Assembly (NCBI GenBank): GCA_017484225.1
Contig: JAFUTN010000008.1
Location: forward strand, 7,440 to 71,439
Direction: 5' to 3'
Source of the DNA: Alphaproteobacteria bacterium
GTDB lineage: Bacteria; Pseudomonadota; Alphaproteobacteria; RF32; CAG-239
Length of the DNA: 64,000 bases
The notes beneath the pieces are model-generated. The model did no database searches. It was not told the origin of the DNA and saw nothing but the letters and a program-made list of their open reading frames with translations. Made by a program: the position numbers and the translations under genes. Positions 46,952-55,907 of the stretch are shown here, in pieces (the stretch's first letter is position 1; every line of letters starts with the position of its first letter).

Positions 46952-48096
46952 AGTATTATCTGATTGCCGGAGAACCGTCCGGAGATGCTCTGGGAGCAAA
47001 GCTGATGGAGGCACTGCGGCGCAAAGATAAAAAAGCACGATTTTTCGGTGTCGGCGGAGATAATATGCAGGCCGAAGGTTTAAATTCTTTGTTTGATATC
47101 AAAGATTTGGCGGTAATGGGACTTGCCGAAGTTATACCGAGTATTCCGAAAGTTTTGCGCCGAATCCGTGAAACGGTTGCCGACATAATTAAACAGCAGC
47201 CTGATGTGGTTGTAACTATTGACAGTTGGAGTTTTTGTGTCCGAATCCATAAAAAATTAAGAAAATTGAAACTCGGTATCCCGCAAGTTCATTATGTGGC
47301 ACCGCAAGTTTGGGCATGGAAGAAAAAACGCGCCTATACCATGCACAAATACATTGACCACCTGCTGACTTTGTTTCCGCAAGAGCCGAAATATTTTACT
47401 CCGCACAATCTGGAGGCAACGTTTGTCGGACATCCGGTGATTGAAAGCGATATTGTCAGCCAAAAGGAGAGTGATTTCAAAAAAAGGCATCATGTTTCGG
47501 CGAATAAAAAAATTATCCTGATTTTGCCGGGGTCAAGAAAAAATGAGGTTGAACGATTGTTGCCCGATTTTTTGGATACGGCAAAAATTTTGCAGAGCAA
47601 ACATGATGATTTGCAATTTGTTGTCCCTACGGTCAGCACGGTGGCGGCTTCGGTTAAACAAAAAATAGAAGAATCCGGATTGCAAATGTTGGTAGTGGAA
47701 GGTGCCGAAGAACGGCATGGTGCGTTTAAGGCAGCAGATGCCGCAATGGCAGCCTCGGGAACAGTGGCACTGGAATTGGCGATTGTCGGAGTTCCGCATA
47801 TTATTGCATATAAGGTGCCGAAATTAACCGAATGGGTGGCTCGTCACTTTATCCATATTCAGTTTGTTAATTTGAGCAATATTCTGCTGGGGCGGGAAAT
47901 TGTGCCGGAATTGCTGCAGAATGATTGCAATCCGGAAAATATAGTGTTCTATATGGAGCAATTTTTGCAGCATAACGGAATTTATGCCAAACAAAACGAG
48001 GGATTTGCCAAAGTTCGGAAAATATTGGGAATGGGGGAGCAAACTCCGAGTGATAATGCGGCAAAAACCATTATTGATGTAATTAAAAAAAGATGA
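46948..48096 (+). CDS. lpxB: Lipid-A-disaccharide synthase
   Basis: IAGEPSGDALGAKLM N-terminus, PGSRKNEV, ASGTVALELA. Confidence 0.95.
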   Translation: MKYYLIAGEPSGDALGAKLMEALRRKDKKARFFGVGGDNMQAEGLNSLFDIKDLAVMGLAEVIPSIPKVLRRIRETVADIIKQQPDVVVTIDSWSFCVRIHKKLRKLKLGIPQVHYVAPQVWAWKKKRAYTMHKYIDHLLTLFPQEPKYFTPHNLEATFVGHPVIESDIVSQKESDFKKRHHVSANKKIILILPGSRKNEVERLLPDFLDTAKILQSKHDDLQFVVPTVSTVAASVKQKIEESGLQMLVVEGAEERHGAFKAADAAMAASGTVALELAIVGVPHIIAYKVPKLTEWVARHFIHIQFVNLSNILLGREIVPELLQNDCNPENIVFYMEQFLQHNGIYAKQNEGFAKVRKILGMGEQTPSDNAAKTIIDVIKKR

Positions 48097-50126
48097 TTGA
48101 AAAAATAAAATATCAGCTGTGGAAATTCGGACGGGCAATAAGTGAAAATCTGTCATCGGAACAAAACAGGACGATTGTTTTGGTGCCGGTTTTGTTTGCA
48201 ATCGGGATAGGCATATATTTCGGGTTTGATAACGAGCCGAATTATTGGGTTACTCTCGGATTGTTTGAGGCTTTCCTCGTTTTATTCTTTTTGTTCCGAT
48301 ACAAAGAAAATTTGCACTGGATTTTTATCGGAATTTTAATCATCTTTGCCGGTTTTATTGATGCCCAGATGCAGTCTGTTTATCAAAATAAAAAAGTAGA
48401 AAAAATTGCCGAGACTTCAACATATTTAAAAGGAGAAATTAGCGAATTTTCTCTCAGCACAAAGGGAAAAGTTCGTATTTTGTTGGATAAGGCCGCAGAT
48501 TTTGATAAACCGCTGAACGGCAAATTCCGTATTACGACAATAGCAAAAAACAAGCAGTTTGAAATAGGCGATTGTGTGGAAATGGCGGCAACGATTTTTC
48601 CGGCTTCATTGCCGGCGGTGAAAAACGGGTATCGCCTTGACCGGAAATATTTTTTTGAAGGACTAAGCGCAATCGGCTACGCTAAAAGTGAAATATTTAA
48701 AATATCTTGTGAAAATAAGAGCAGTCTTGCGGCAAAAAGCAAAATTAATTCGGTTCGTCAAAATATTGTGGAGTATGTCAATAAAATGATGCCGGCAGAT
48801 GCGGCCGGTGTGGTAAATGCCGTGTTGGTAGGAGAAAAAACATATATTCCGCAAAAAATAAGTGATAATTACCGCAATTCCGGATTAGCGCACTTTTTGT
48901 CCGTTTCGGGATTGCATTTGGGAACAATTTCTTTGTTGGTGTTTTTTGTTGTTCGTTTTTTGGCGGCGCTGTTTCCCAAGTTTACCGTTATGTATGATAC
49001 CAAAAAATTTGCTGCCGTTGCCGCAATTATTTTCAGTTTTATTTATTTGCTGATTTCCGGCAGGGCAGTTCCGGCCGAACGGGCTTTTATTATGACAGCG
49101 GTGGTATTTATCGGAATTATATATGAAAGGCAGGCAATTTCAATGCGGATGTTGAGTATTGCCGCTTTAGTTGTTTTGGTTTTGCAACCGTATGCTTTGG
49201 TTTCGGTCAGTTTTCAGATGTCTTTTGCGGCAGTAACGGCATTAATTGCTTTTTATGAAAAGTATGCCGGAAAAATTGCGGCAATCAGTGCGCGAAGTTC
49301 TGTTTTCGGCAAGTGCGTTTTGTATTTGGCCGGTATTGTGATTTGCGATTTTGTTGCCAGTGTGGCAACAGCTCCTTTTGCTTTATATCATTTTCATAAA
49401 ACCGCGCTCTATACCGGAATTACCAATTTATTATCCGGCCCGATAATAGCATTTTTTCTGATGCCGGTTATTTTGCTGAGTTTGGTATTGTTACCATTCG
49501 GAATTGGTTTTTATCCGCTTAAACTTTTGGAAAAAGGAGTTGAAGTCTTAAACTTTATCACAGCAAAAATATCATCACTTCCGCACAGTGTGTTGTGTGT
49601 AGACTCATTGAATTTTTGGGGGCTTGTGCTGATTGTTGCCGGCGGTTTGTGGATTTGTATCTGGCAGCAAAAATGGCGTCGGTGGGGAATTTTGCCGATA
49701 ATAATCGGAGTTGTTACAATGTTTTTCCATACTGAGCCGGATATGGTTGTGGCTTATGGCGGGCAAGGAATTACGGCTCGTGACAATAATGGAAAAATGA
49801 TTGAACTTCCCTTGGCAAAAACAGACGGATGGACACGGAAAATATGGCAGGAAAATTTGCAAATGATTGTTCCGTCCGGTCAGCAAAAAAAGCAATTAAA
49901 GGAAATTTGTTCAGGTAGAACTGAGAATAAAAATTGGATAGATTTGCAGTGTGATGCGGAAAAATGCACATATAAAAATGCGGTAGAGTTAAGAAAAAAC
50001 GGAGAAATATTGCTTGATGGCAAAATTCTGGATGTAAAAAAAGGAGCATATATTTACCTTGAGAACGGGAAACATCACTTTGAACCGCTGATTAACGGAA
50101 GCGGAAAAAGAATTTGGGAAAATTAG
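48093..50126 (+). CDS. comEC: ComEC/Rec2 family competence membrane protein
   Basis: Polytopic with the competence-domain block NSGLAHFLSVSGLHLG. ATGA overlap with lpxB. Confidence 0.85.
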   Translation: MIEKIKYQLWKFGRAISENLSSEQNRTIVLVPVLFAIGIGIYFGFDNEPNYWVTLGLFEAFLVLFFLFRYKENLHWIFIGILIIFAGFIDAQMQSVYQNKKVEKIAETSTYLKGEISEFSLSTKGKVRILLDKAADFDKPLNGKFRITTIAKNKQFEIGDCVEMAATIFPASLPAVKNGYRLDRKYFFEGLSAIGYAKSEIFKISCENKSSLAAKSKINSVRQNIVEYVNKMMPADAAGVVNAVLVGEKTYIPQKISDNYRNSGLAHFLSVSGLHLGTISLLVFFVVRFLAALFPKFTVMYDTKKFAAVAAIIFSFIYLLISGRAVPAERAFIMTAVVFIGIIYERQAISMRMLSIAALVVLVLQPYALVSVSFQMSFAAVTALIAFYEKYAGKIAAISARSSVFGKCVLYLAGIVICDFVASVATAPFALYHFHKTALYTGITNLLSGPIIAFFLMPVILLSLVLLPFGIGFYPLKLLEKGVEVLNFITAKISSLPHSVLCVDSLNFWGLVLIVAGGLWICIWQQKWRRWGILPIIIGVVTMFFHTEPDMVVAYGGQGITARDNNGKMIELPLAKTDGWTRKIWQENLQMIVPSGQQKKQLKEICSGRTENKNWIDLQCDAEKCTYKNAVELRKNGEILLDGKILDVKKGAYIYLENGKHHFEPLINGSGKRIWEN

Positions 50127-50174
50127 TCAGATTATCAGCAACACTCCGGCAGTGAGTATCAAATAAAGCAAAAT

Positions 50175-50222
50175 AAAAAAGCACCGAGAAATCGGTGCAA
50201 TACAAAAATGGAGCGGATGAGG
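50175..50222 (-). repeat. Direct repeat copy 1: terminator hairpin plus the last 14 nt of tRNA-Gly
   Basis: 48 nt, identical to 50353..50400 except for one position (A/G at 50202 vs 50380). Contains GCACCG-N6-CGGTGC and TGGAGCGGATGAGG. Confidence 0.9.
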
Positions 50223-50347
50223 GCGCGAACGAGAGAGCAGATACAAATTATCTGCGAACAGTGAGCGGTGCCGAGTTTCCGCAAGCATAAACGCGGGAGC
50301 GTGAAAAGCGCGCGGAGAAAACTCAAACCGGTATTCACCTCATCCAC
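50209..50347 (-). ncRNA. Candidate 139-nt tRNA-like RNA: tRNA-Gly-type acceptor stem and UCCA end, with a GC-rich unrelated core
   Basis: The 5' GTGGATGAGG pairs with the 3' CCTCATCCGC, followed by TCCA. There are internal hairpins (GCAGAT/ATCTGC; GAGTTT/AAACTC) and an intrinsic terminator. No D, anticodon or T arm could be drawn. Confidence 0.35.
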
Positions 50348-50352
50348 AAATA

Positions 50353-50400
50353 AAAAAAGCACCGAGAAATCGGTGCAATGCAAAAATGGAGCGGATGAGG
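50353..50400 (-). repeat. Direct repeat copy 2: terminator of tRNA-Gly plus the tRNA 3' end
   Basis: See copy 1. The repeat period is 178 nt. Confidence 0.9.
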
Positions 50401-50460
50401 GGAATTGAACCCCCGTTATAAGCTTGGGAAGCTTCTATTCTACCATTGAATTACATCCGC
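50387..50460 (-). tRNA. tRNA-Gly (anticodon CCC), CCA encoded
   Basis: Minus strand: GCGGATG TA ATTC-AATGGTAGA-ATAG; anticodon loop TTCCCAA; T arm GGGGG-TTCAATT-CCCCT; CATCCGC TCCA. Confidence 0.9.
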
Positions 50461-50562
50461 AAGTGCCATTACCGGATATATATACCGTTATTCTGTTTTA
50501 GGCAAGAATTTTTTTTGTATCCACAAATACACTTCTGCAATAAAAGTGGAACTAAAAAATAC

Positions 50563-50589
50563 TTGACATTCGCGCGGGGGGGGTAATGT
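50563..50589 (+). promoter_or_regulatory. Candidate promoter with a G8 tract in the spacer
   Basis: TTGACA (50563..50568), spacer TTCGCGC + GGGGGGGG (G8 at 50576..50583), TAATGT (50584..50589). The spacer is currently 15 nt. Confidence 0.45.
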
Positions 50590-50697
50590 AACTTTAGAAA
50601 TAATTTTTAGTTGTATACGCACATCACAATTTTTGATTGAGATTATGATGAGGGTTGCAATGCAGTGTTACTTGCAGTGTTAATCATTGGAAAACAG

Positions 50698-51636
50698 ATG
50701 AAAAGAGACCTTATATCCGTTGTTATCCCTGTGTATGGTGATAAAAAGCTGGTAAAAATATTATACGAAAAACTGGTGTCAGTGTTTTCGCGTATGCCGG
50801 TAGATTATGAAATTATAGAAGTATGTGACGCTTGTCCGTATGGTTCGGCTGACGAAATAAGAAAGTTGGCCAAAAAGGATAAGAGAGTTAAATTTATTAA
50901 TTTAAGCCGTAATTTTGGTCAGCACTTGGCAATTAAAGCCGGATTGGATTATGCCTCGGGAGATTATACCGTAGTAATGGATTGTGATTTGCAGGATAAT
51001 CCGGAAGATATTGTCCGCTTGTATAAAAAAATAAAGACAACAAAAGTTGATGTGGTGTTTGGTGAAAGAGAAAAAAGAGAAGATAGTTTTTTCAAAAAGA
51101 TATGTTCTAAGGCGGCACAATATTTGATTTACGGTTTGAGCGATTTTAGTCACTGTGATGCACGTGACCTGAGTAATTTATCCATTTTTTCAAAGAATGT
51201 ATTGAATGTTTTGAAAGAAGATACTGAGCCGTATTTTGTTTTCACCTACATAATACTGAGTTCGGGATTTGAGGCTGATTATATAACAATTTCGCAGGAA
51301 CAAAGGATGCTCGGTAAAAGCGGGTATAATTTTTTCAAAGGTGCTCGTCTTTTTTGTGAGGCATTAACGAGTAACTCTAATAAGCCGTTGATTTTTGCCG
51401 GAATGTGTTCCTTTTTAATGTTTGTTTTTTGCGGATTGTTTATTTTGAAACTGTTGTTTGATTATTTTGTTTTCGGGCAACGTTTGTTGGGGTGGACAAG
51501 TATTATGATTTCCATATTTTTTATTGCCGCATTGTTGTTTGCATATTTGGGCATATTGGGCGTTTATATCGGACAAATCTTCAAAATGTCACAAGGACGA
51601 AAAATTTATATGATAAAGGAAAAAGCAAATCTATGA
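50698..51636 (+). CDS. GT2 polyprenyl-phosphate glycosyltransferase (ArnC/GtrB/DPM1-like)
   Basis: ISVVIPVYG, DCDLQDNPEDI and two C-terminal TM helices. Trimmed to the ATG at 50698 (MKRDLISVV). Confidence 0.85.
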   Translation: MKRDLISVVIPVYGDKKLVKILYEKLVSVFSRMPVDYEIIEVCDACPYGSADEIRKLAKKDKRVKFINLSRNFGQHLAIKAGLDYASGDYTVVMDCDLQDNPEDIVRLYKKIKTTKVDVVFGEREKREDSFFKKICSKAAQYLIYGLSDFSHCDARDLSNLSIFSKNVLNVLKEDTEPYFVFTYIILSSGFEADYITISQEQRMLGKSGYNFFKGARLFCEALTSNSNKPLIFAGMCSFLMFVFCGLFILKLLFDYFVFGQRLLGWTSIMISIFFIAALLFAYLGILGVYIGQIFKMSQGRKIYMIKEKANL

Positions 51637-52019
51637 TTCAGGTTGGGTACTTATATTTGTTTTTGACCATTATAACAAGTGTCGCCTCGCAGATTATCGT
51701 CAAATGGCGAGTTTCCGGATTTGTGGTTGGTTTGCTGCCTATACCTGAAGGCGTAGTCGGTAAGATTTTGTTCTTATTTAAGGTTGTTTTTGATCCGTTT
51801 ATTTTTCTCGCACTTTGTCTGACTTTTATTTCCGGCTTGTGTTGGATGGCGACCATGGCAAAATTTGATATTAGCTATGCTTATCCTTTTACAATGTTAG
51901 GGTTTGTTGCCGTGCTTTTATTTTCGGCACTTTTGTTCGGTGAAGTTTTTAATGTGTATAAAATAATCGGTTGCGGATTGATTGTGCTCGGTGTTTTGGT
52001 AGTGAGCAAGGGAATGTGA
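51633..52019 (+). CDS. Small 4-TM DMT/SMR-like protein (ArnE/ArnF-like candidate flippase subunit)
   Basis: ATGA overlap with the GT2 stop. 128 aa. SVASQIIVKW and ISYAYPFTMLGFV...GCGLIVLGVLVV resemble ArnE as I recall it. Confidence 0.6.
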   Translation: MIQVGYLYLFLTIITSVASQIIVKWRVSGFVVGLLPIPEGVVGKILFLFKVVFDPFIFLALCLTFISGLCWMATMAKFDISYAYPFTMLGFVAVLLFSALLFGEVFNVYKIIGCGLIVLGVLVVSKGM

Positions 52020-52020
52020 A

Positions 52021-52743
52021 GTGGAAAACAAAGAGATAAAAAAAGTCGCTATACTGCAGTCAAATTATATTCCGTGGAAAGGATATTTTGATATTATTGA
52101 CCAAGTAGATGATTTTATATTTTTTGATAATATGCAGTATACAAAAAATGATTGGCGAAACCGTAATAAAATAAAAACAAAAAGAGGCGCTTTATGGCTT
52201 ACAATTCCTTGTGAAACAAAAGGACATATTATTGAAGGACGAAAAATATCGGAAACAAAAATTACAGATAAAAGATGGGCAAAAAAACATTGGAAAAGTA
52301 TTTGCAATGCTTACGCAAAAGCACCGTATTTCAAGGATTACAAAGCATATTTTGAAAAACTATACAAAGAATGTGAAAGTGAAGATTATTTGTGTCAGGT
52401 CAATTACAAATTTATTATTGCAATTCTGAAGTTGTTAAATATTAAAACCAAATTGCATTATGACAGAGATTATGAATTGATAGACGGTAAAACGGAGAGA
52501 TTAATTGATATGTTGCAAAAGGTTGGAGCCACACATTATTTATCCGGCCCGTCGGCAAAAGATTATATAGACGAAAAATTATTTGAAAAAGCCGGAATAG
52601 AACTATTATGGATGGATTATTCCGGTTATAAAGAATACCCGCAATTATTTCCTCCGTTTGAACATAATGTCAGTATCTTGGATTTAATATTTAATACCGG
52701 AGAAGATGCAATTAAATATATAAGGGAGAAGGATAATGTCTGA
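52021..52743 (+). CDS. WbqC-like family protein
   Basis: N-terminal ILQSNYIPWKGYFDII matches the characteristic WbqC family start (Q.NY.PW.GYFD.I). Confidence 0.7.
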   Translation: MENKEIKKVAILQSNYIPWKGYFDIIDQVDDFIFFDNMQYTKNDWRNRNKIKTKRGALWLTIPCETKGHIIEGRKISETKITDKRWAKKHWKSICNAYAKAPYFKDYKAYFEKLYKECESEDYLCQVNYKFIIAILKLLNIKTKLHYDRDYELIDGKTERLIDMLQKVGATHYLSGPSAKDYIDEKLFEKAGIELLWMDYSGYKEYPQLFPPFEHNVSILDLIFNTGEDAIKYIREKDNV

Positions 52744-53353
52744 TTTGGTAAAATATGCGCATAGGGCAAACATTCTATATGAGGAATTTGAGAAAAAGTA
52801 TAAAGATAATAATGTAGATTTTTTCAGCTGTTATGAGAATAATTTTAAGGATTGCGGTGATTGTGAGACTACATTTGAAGAAACATTTTTAAAAGTGTTA
52901 GGAAAATTGCATATTAAGTCTGATTGGAATTTTATGGATTGTGGGTGCGGATTGGGATTCCCAATGTATTTGGCCTCAAAAAAGTTTAAAAAGGTATATG
53001 GGGTTGAAATTATGCCTGAAATACTTGAAAAGGCAAAAGATAACTTAAATAAAATGAATGTCAAAAATTTTGAAATAATAAATTCAGATATAACGAATGT
53101 TGCTGAAAATATATTGCAAGAAATCAATGTGTTTTATATGTTTAACCCGTTTGTAGGCAATGTTTTTGAAAAATTTATCAGTAACGTCGTAAGGTGTTTG
53201 AATTCTAAAAAACAAAATGAAGTTTGGCTGATTTATGTTAATGCCGTTTGCGAAGACATCATGTTAAAGTATGCAGACGTTTTGCCATTGCAGTTTTGTT
53301 TACACGATTTCAGAAAAATAAATTTTTACCGTTATAAAAATACAGAGAAGTAA
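52736..53353 (+). CDS. Class I SAM-dependent methyltransferase
   Basis: Motif I FMDCGCGLGFP, followed by YGVEI. Confidence 0.7.
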   Translation: MSDLVKYAHRANILYEEFEKKYKDNNVDFFSCYENNFKDCGDCETTFEETFLKVLGKLHIKSDWNFMDCGCGLGFPMYLASKKFKKVYGVEIMPEILEKAKDNLNKMNVKNFEIINSDITNVAENILQEINVFYMFNPFVGNVFEKFISNVVRCLNSKKQNEVWLIYVNAVCEDIMLKYADVLPLQFCLHDFRKINFYRYKNTEK

Positions 53354-53396
53354 GAAATGATAGTAAGCGGGTATAGTAAATAAAGGTTAAAGTCTA

Positions 53397-55160
53397 ATGG
53401 AAAATAATATGATAGCAAAATATTGGAGCTATATGCTCATAGCTTTGTTTTTGGCTGTTTGCGCCGGATATGTTGGGATAAACGGCGAAAATATCGTGAT
53501 TCAAATTTATGATAATTTAAACTCAAATATTGCTTGGCTGAAAATGCTTTCTGACAACAATTTATTTTTTAATTATCATGATAAGGTCCCATTTTTACAC
53601 GGACTTGACCGGATGTATTTGTATTCACCGCTTAAGGCGTATGTATGGCTGTATATGATTTTCCCGACATTTTGGGCGTTTGTTATCGGTTGGTTTTTGA
53701 AAATAATAATATCCGTTGCCGGATTTGTTTATTTAGGTAAGGCATTGAAGGTGGATGCGGATGATTTTAACAAAAACATAATTGCTTTTTGCGGATTTTT
53801 GTATGGTTTGACTCCAACGTTTCCGACCAGTGCATTTTGTTTTGCCTCGTTACCTTTTTTGCTGGGATTCTTAGTGCAGTATTGTAAAACCAAGAAGTTC
53901 AAATATAATTTGTATCTGTTGGCATATCCTATTTTTTCCGATTTTTGCTTTTTCGGAATTTTTGTTATGGGCTACATTGTTTTATTTGTTTTGATTGATT
54001 GGTGGATAAACAAAAAATTTAAGCTATATATGCTGTCTTCACTTGTTTGTTTGACAATAGGGTATGTTATATCGGAGTGGTCGCTGTTTTATGTGATGCT
54101 GTTTGCAGGTGAACCGAGTATCAGAGATGAGATTGCATCACCGATATTTTCTTTTGCCGATTGTGTGAAATATGCTGTATCCGTTTTTATTTACGGACAC
54201 TATCACTCGGCATCAGCCCACACATTTGTGGTGCTTCCCGTTTGTCTTTTATATTGGATTTATTTAATCATTAAAAAACGCACTAAAGTATGGCGTGATT
54301 TTTATTTTTGGATAGTGTTAATGCTATTTGTTAATGCCGCCATGTTTGGATTTAATTATGTTAAACCCGTAAGAGAGGCGTTGGAAGTTTTTGTTCCACC
54401 TCTTAAAGGTTTTGATTTTTCCAGATTTTTGTGGCTGAATGCTTTTTTGTGGTATTTGGCATTTTGCCTTGCTTTGTTGCGCATAAACATAAAATTCAAA
54501 TATATTGCCGATATGAAAATTTGTTTGTGTGTTTATGCCTTTATGGTTCTTGTTTGTGATGATTCTATCTACAATTTTGTGAAATATAACTATGATTATC
54601 AGACTACTAAAAATGAAAGTTTGGCCGTGCGGCAAGGTGTGCGCGGAGGAATAGAATGCTTTGATTATATTGAAACAAATCGCGAAGTTACGTATGCTCA
54701 GTTTTATTCGGAAAAACTTTTTAACCGGATTAAAAAGTCTATAAATTACGATAACGAATGGTCGGTGGCTTACGGGTTTCATCCGGCTGTGTTGCAATAT
54801 AACAATATCAGAACATTAGACGGTATGCTTACGTATTATCCTCTGAGTTATAAAAGAGAGTTTAGAAAAATGATTCGGCCCTTTTTGGAAGAAAATTATG
54901 ACCTCAGGCTTTTTTTTGACACGTGGGGCGGACAGGCGTATGTTTTTTCAAAAGATATACCGTATCAACTTGTAAATACCGATGACACAAAGGAGTCTGA
55001 TTTATTGCTTAATCCGGAAGTGTTTAAACAAATGGGCGGGAAATATATCTTTTCGCGTTTGAAACTGAGTAATGCAGATGAGCTGAAATTGACATTTGTT
55101 GATGTATTCAAAGATAATGAATCTCCGTATACGATTTATGTTTATAAAGCCGGAGATTAG
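53397..55160 (+). CDS. Large polytopic membrane protein (about 11 TM plus a ~190-aa C-terminal soluble domain), unknown family. Candidate GT-C-like transferase.
   Basis: The topology is inferred from hydrophobic stretches up to about residue 390, followed by a hydrophilic C-terminus. Last gene of the low-GC cluster. Confidence 0.5.
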   Translation: MENNMIAKYWSYMLIALFLAVCAGYVGINGENIVIQIYDNLNSNIAWLKMLSDNNLFFNYHDKVPFLHGLDRMYLYSPLKAYVWLYMIFPTFWAFVIGWFLKIIISVAGFVYLGKALKVDADDFNKNIIAFCGFLYGLTPTFPTSAFCFASLPFLLGFLVQYCKTKKFKYNLYLLAYPIFSDFCFFGIFVMGYIVLFVLIDWWINKKFKLYMLSSLVCLTIGYVISEWSLFYVMLFAGEPSIRDEIASPIFSFADCVKYAVSVFIYGHYHSASAHTFVVLPVCLLYWIYLIIKKRTKVWRDFYFWIVLMLFVNAAMFGFNYVKPVREALEVFVPPLKGFDFSRFLWLNAFLWYLAFCLALLRINIKFKYIADMKICLCVYAFMVLVCDDSIYNFVKYNYDYQTTKNESLAVRQGVRGGIECFDYIETNREVTYAQFYSEKLFNRIKKSINYDNEWSVAYGFHPAVLQYNNIRTLDGMLTYYPLSYKREFRKMIRPFLEENYDLRLFFDTWGGQAYVFSKDIPYQLVNTDDTKESDLLLNPEVFKQMGGKYIFSRLKLSNADELKLTFVDVFKDNESPYTIYVYKAGD

Positions 55161-55163
55161 GGA

Positions 55164-55850
55164 TTACAAAGCATCAAGTTTTTGCTGAATCTCTTTTTCA
55201 TTGTCTTCGGTGATATATTCCAAATCTTCCAGAAACCAGTCAATTTCATCATCATTGTCTTGGTGAATCATTTTCTTAAACTTTTCGCGGAAAGAAATCA
55301 ACAAACTGCTTTCGCCGATTTTTAAATCACGCACCAAAATGCGGTCGTTGTTTTTTACAACAGTAAAAATAGTCGGGATACCGCTTTTTTCTTCAACGTT
55401 TTTCGCTGTTTTTTCCGATTTTAAGGTTTGTAATTTTATCAAACAATGAATGTCGGTTGAATTTTTATCCTCTAATATTTTTCCGACGGAAAAATCTATT
55501 GTTCCTTTGGGAATATCTAAAGGATATGATTTGTAGAGGCTGGCAATATAGCGTTTAAACAGCGGAACGTATTTTTCTTTTTGCTCATCTGTCATTGTTT
55601 TCCAGTAGCGTCCCATCACAAATTTTGCCGCGTGTTCCAAATCCACATCATTATATAAGATTAAATCCAATGCCTGATACTTTTCCGCTATATCGCTTTG
55701 CGCCAGAATATCTAAAATTTCTTTGCCTTTGCCCAAAGCCCACTTGTCAGCTTCCTGCTGCGGCACTGTCTCGGCACAAAGACTTCCGGCAAACAGTAAA
55801 CCGAAAAAAAACGCAATAACTTGTAAACAGCATTTTATTTTCATTTGCAA
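55164..55850 (-). CDS. mlaC: Phospholipid-binding periplasmic protein MlaC (Ttg2D family)
   Basis: Signal peptide and the MlaC block AAKFVMGRYWKTMTDEQKEKYVPLFKRYIASLY. Confidence 0.8.
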   Translation of the reverse strand: MQMKIKCCLQVIAFFFGLLFAGSLCAETVPQQEADKWALGKGKEILDILAQSDIAEKYQALDLILYNDVDLEHAAKFVMGRYWKTMTDEQKEKYVPLFKRYIASLYKSYPLDIPKGTIDFSVGKILEDKNSTDIHCLIKLQTLKSEKTAKNVEEKSGIPTIFTVVKNNDRILVRDLKIGESSLLISFREKFKKMIHQDNDDEIDWFLEDLEYITEDNEKEIQQKLDAL

Positions 55851-55907
55851 TCCTCACAAAATCTCATTATATTTTTAATATCACAATAACGTTAATTGGT
55901 CAACAAA

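Noticed and set aside
50159-50383. 74-aa minus-strand ORF across the tRNA-Gly repeat region
   Set aside because: It spans two terminator hairpins and the duplicated tRNA 3' end. The product is Cys/Leu/Phe-rich and implausible. The region is better explained as RNA or a repeat.
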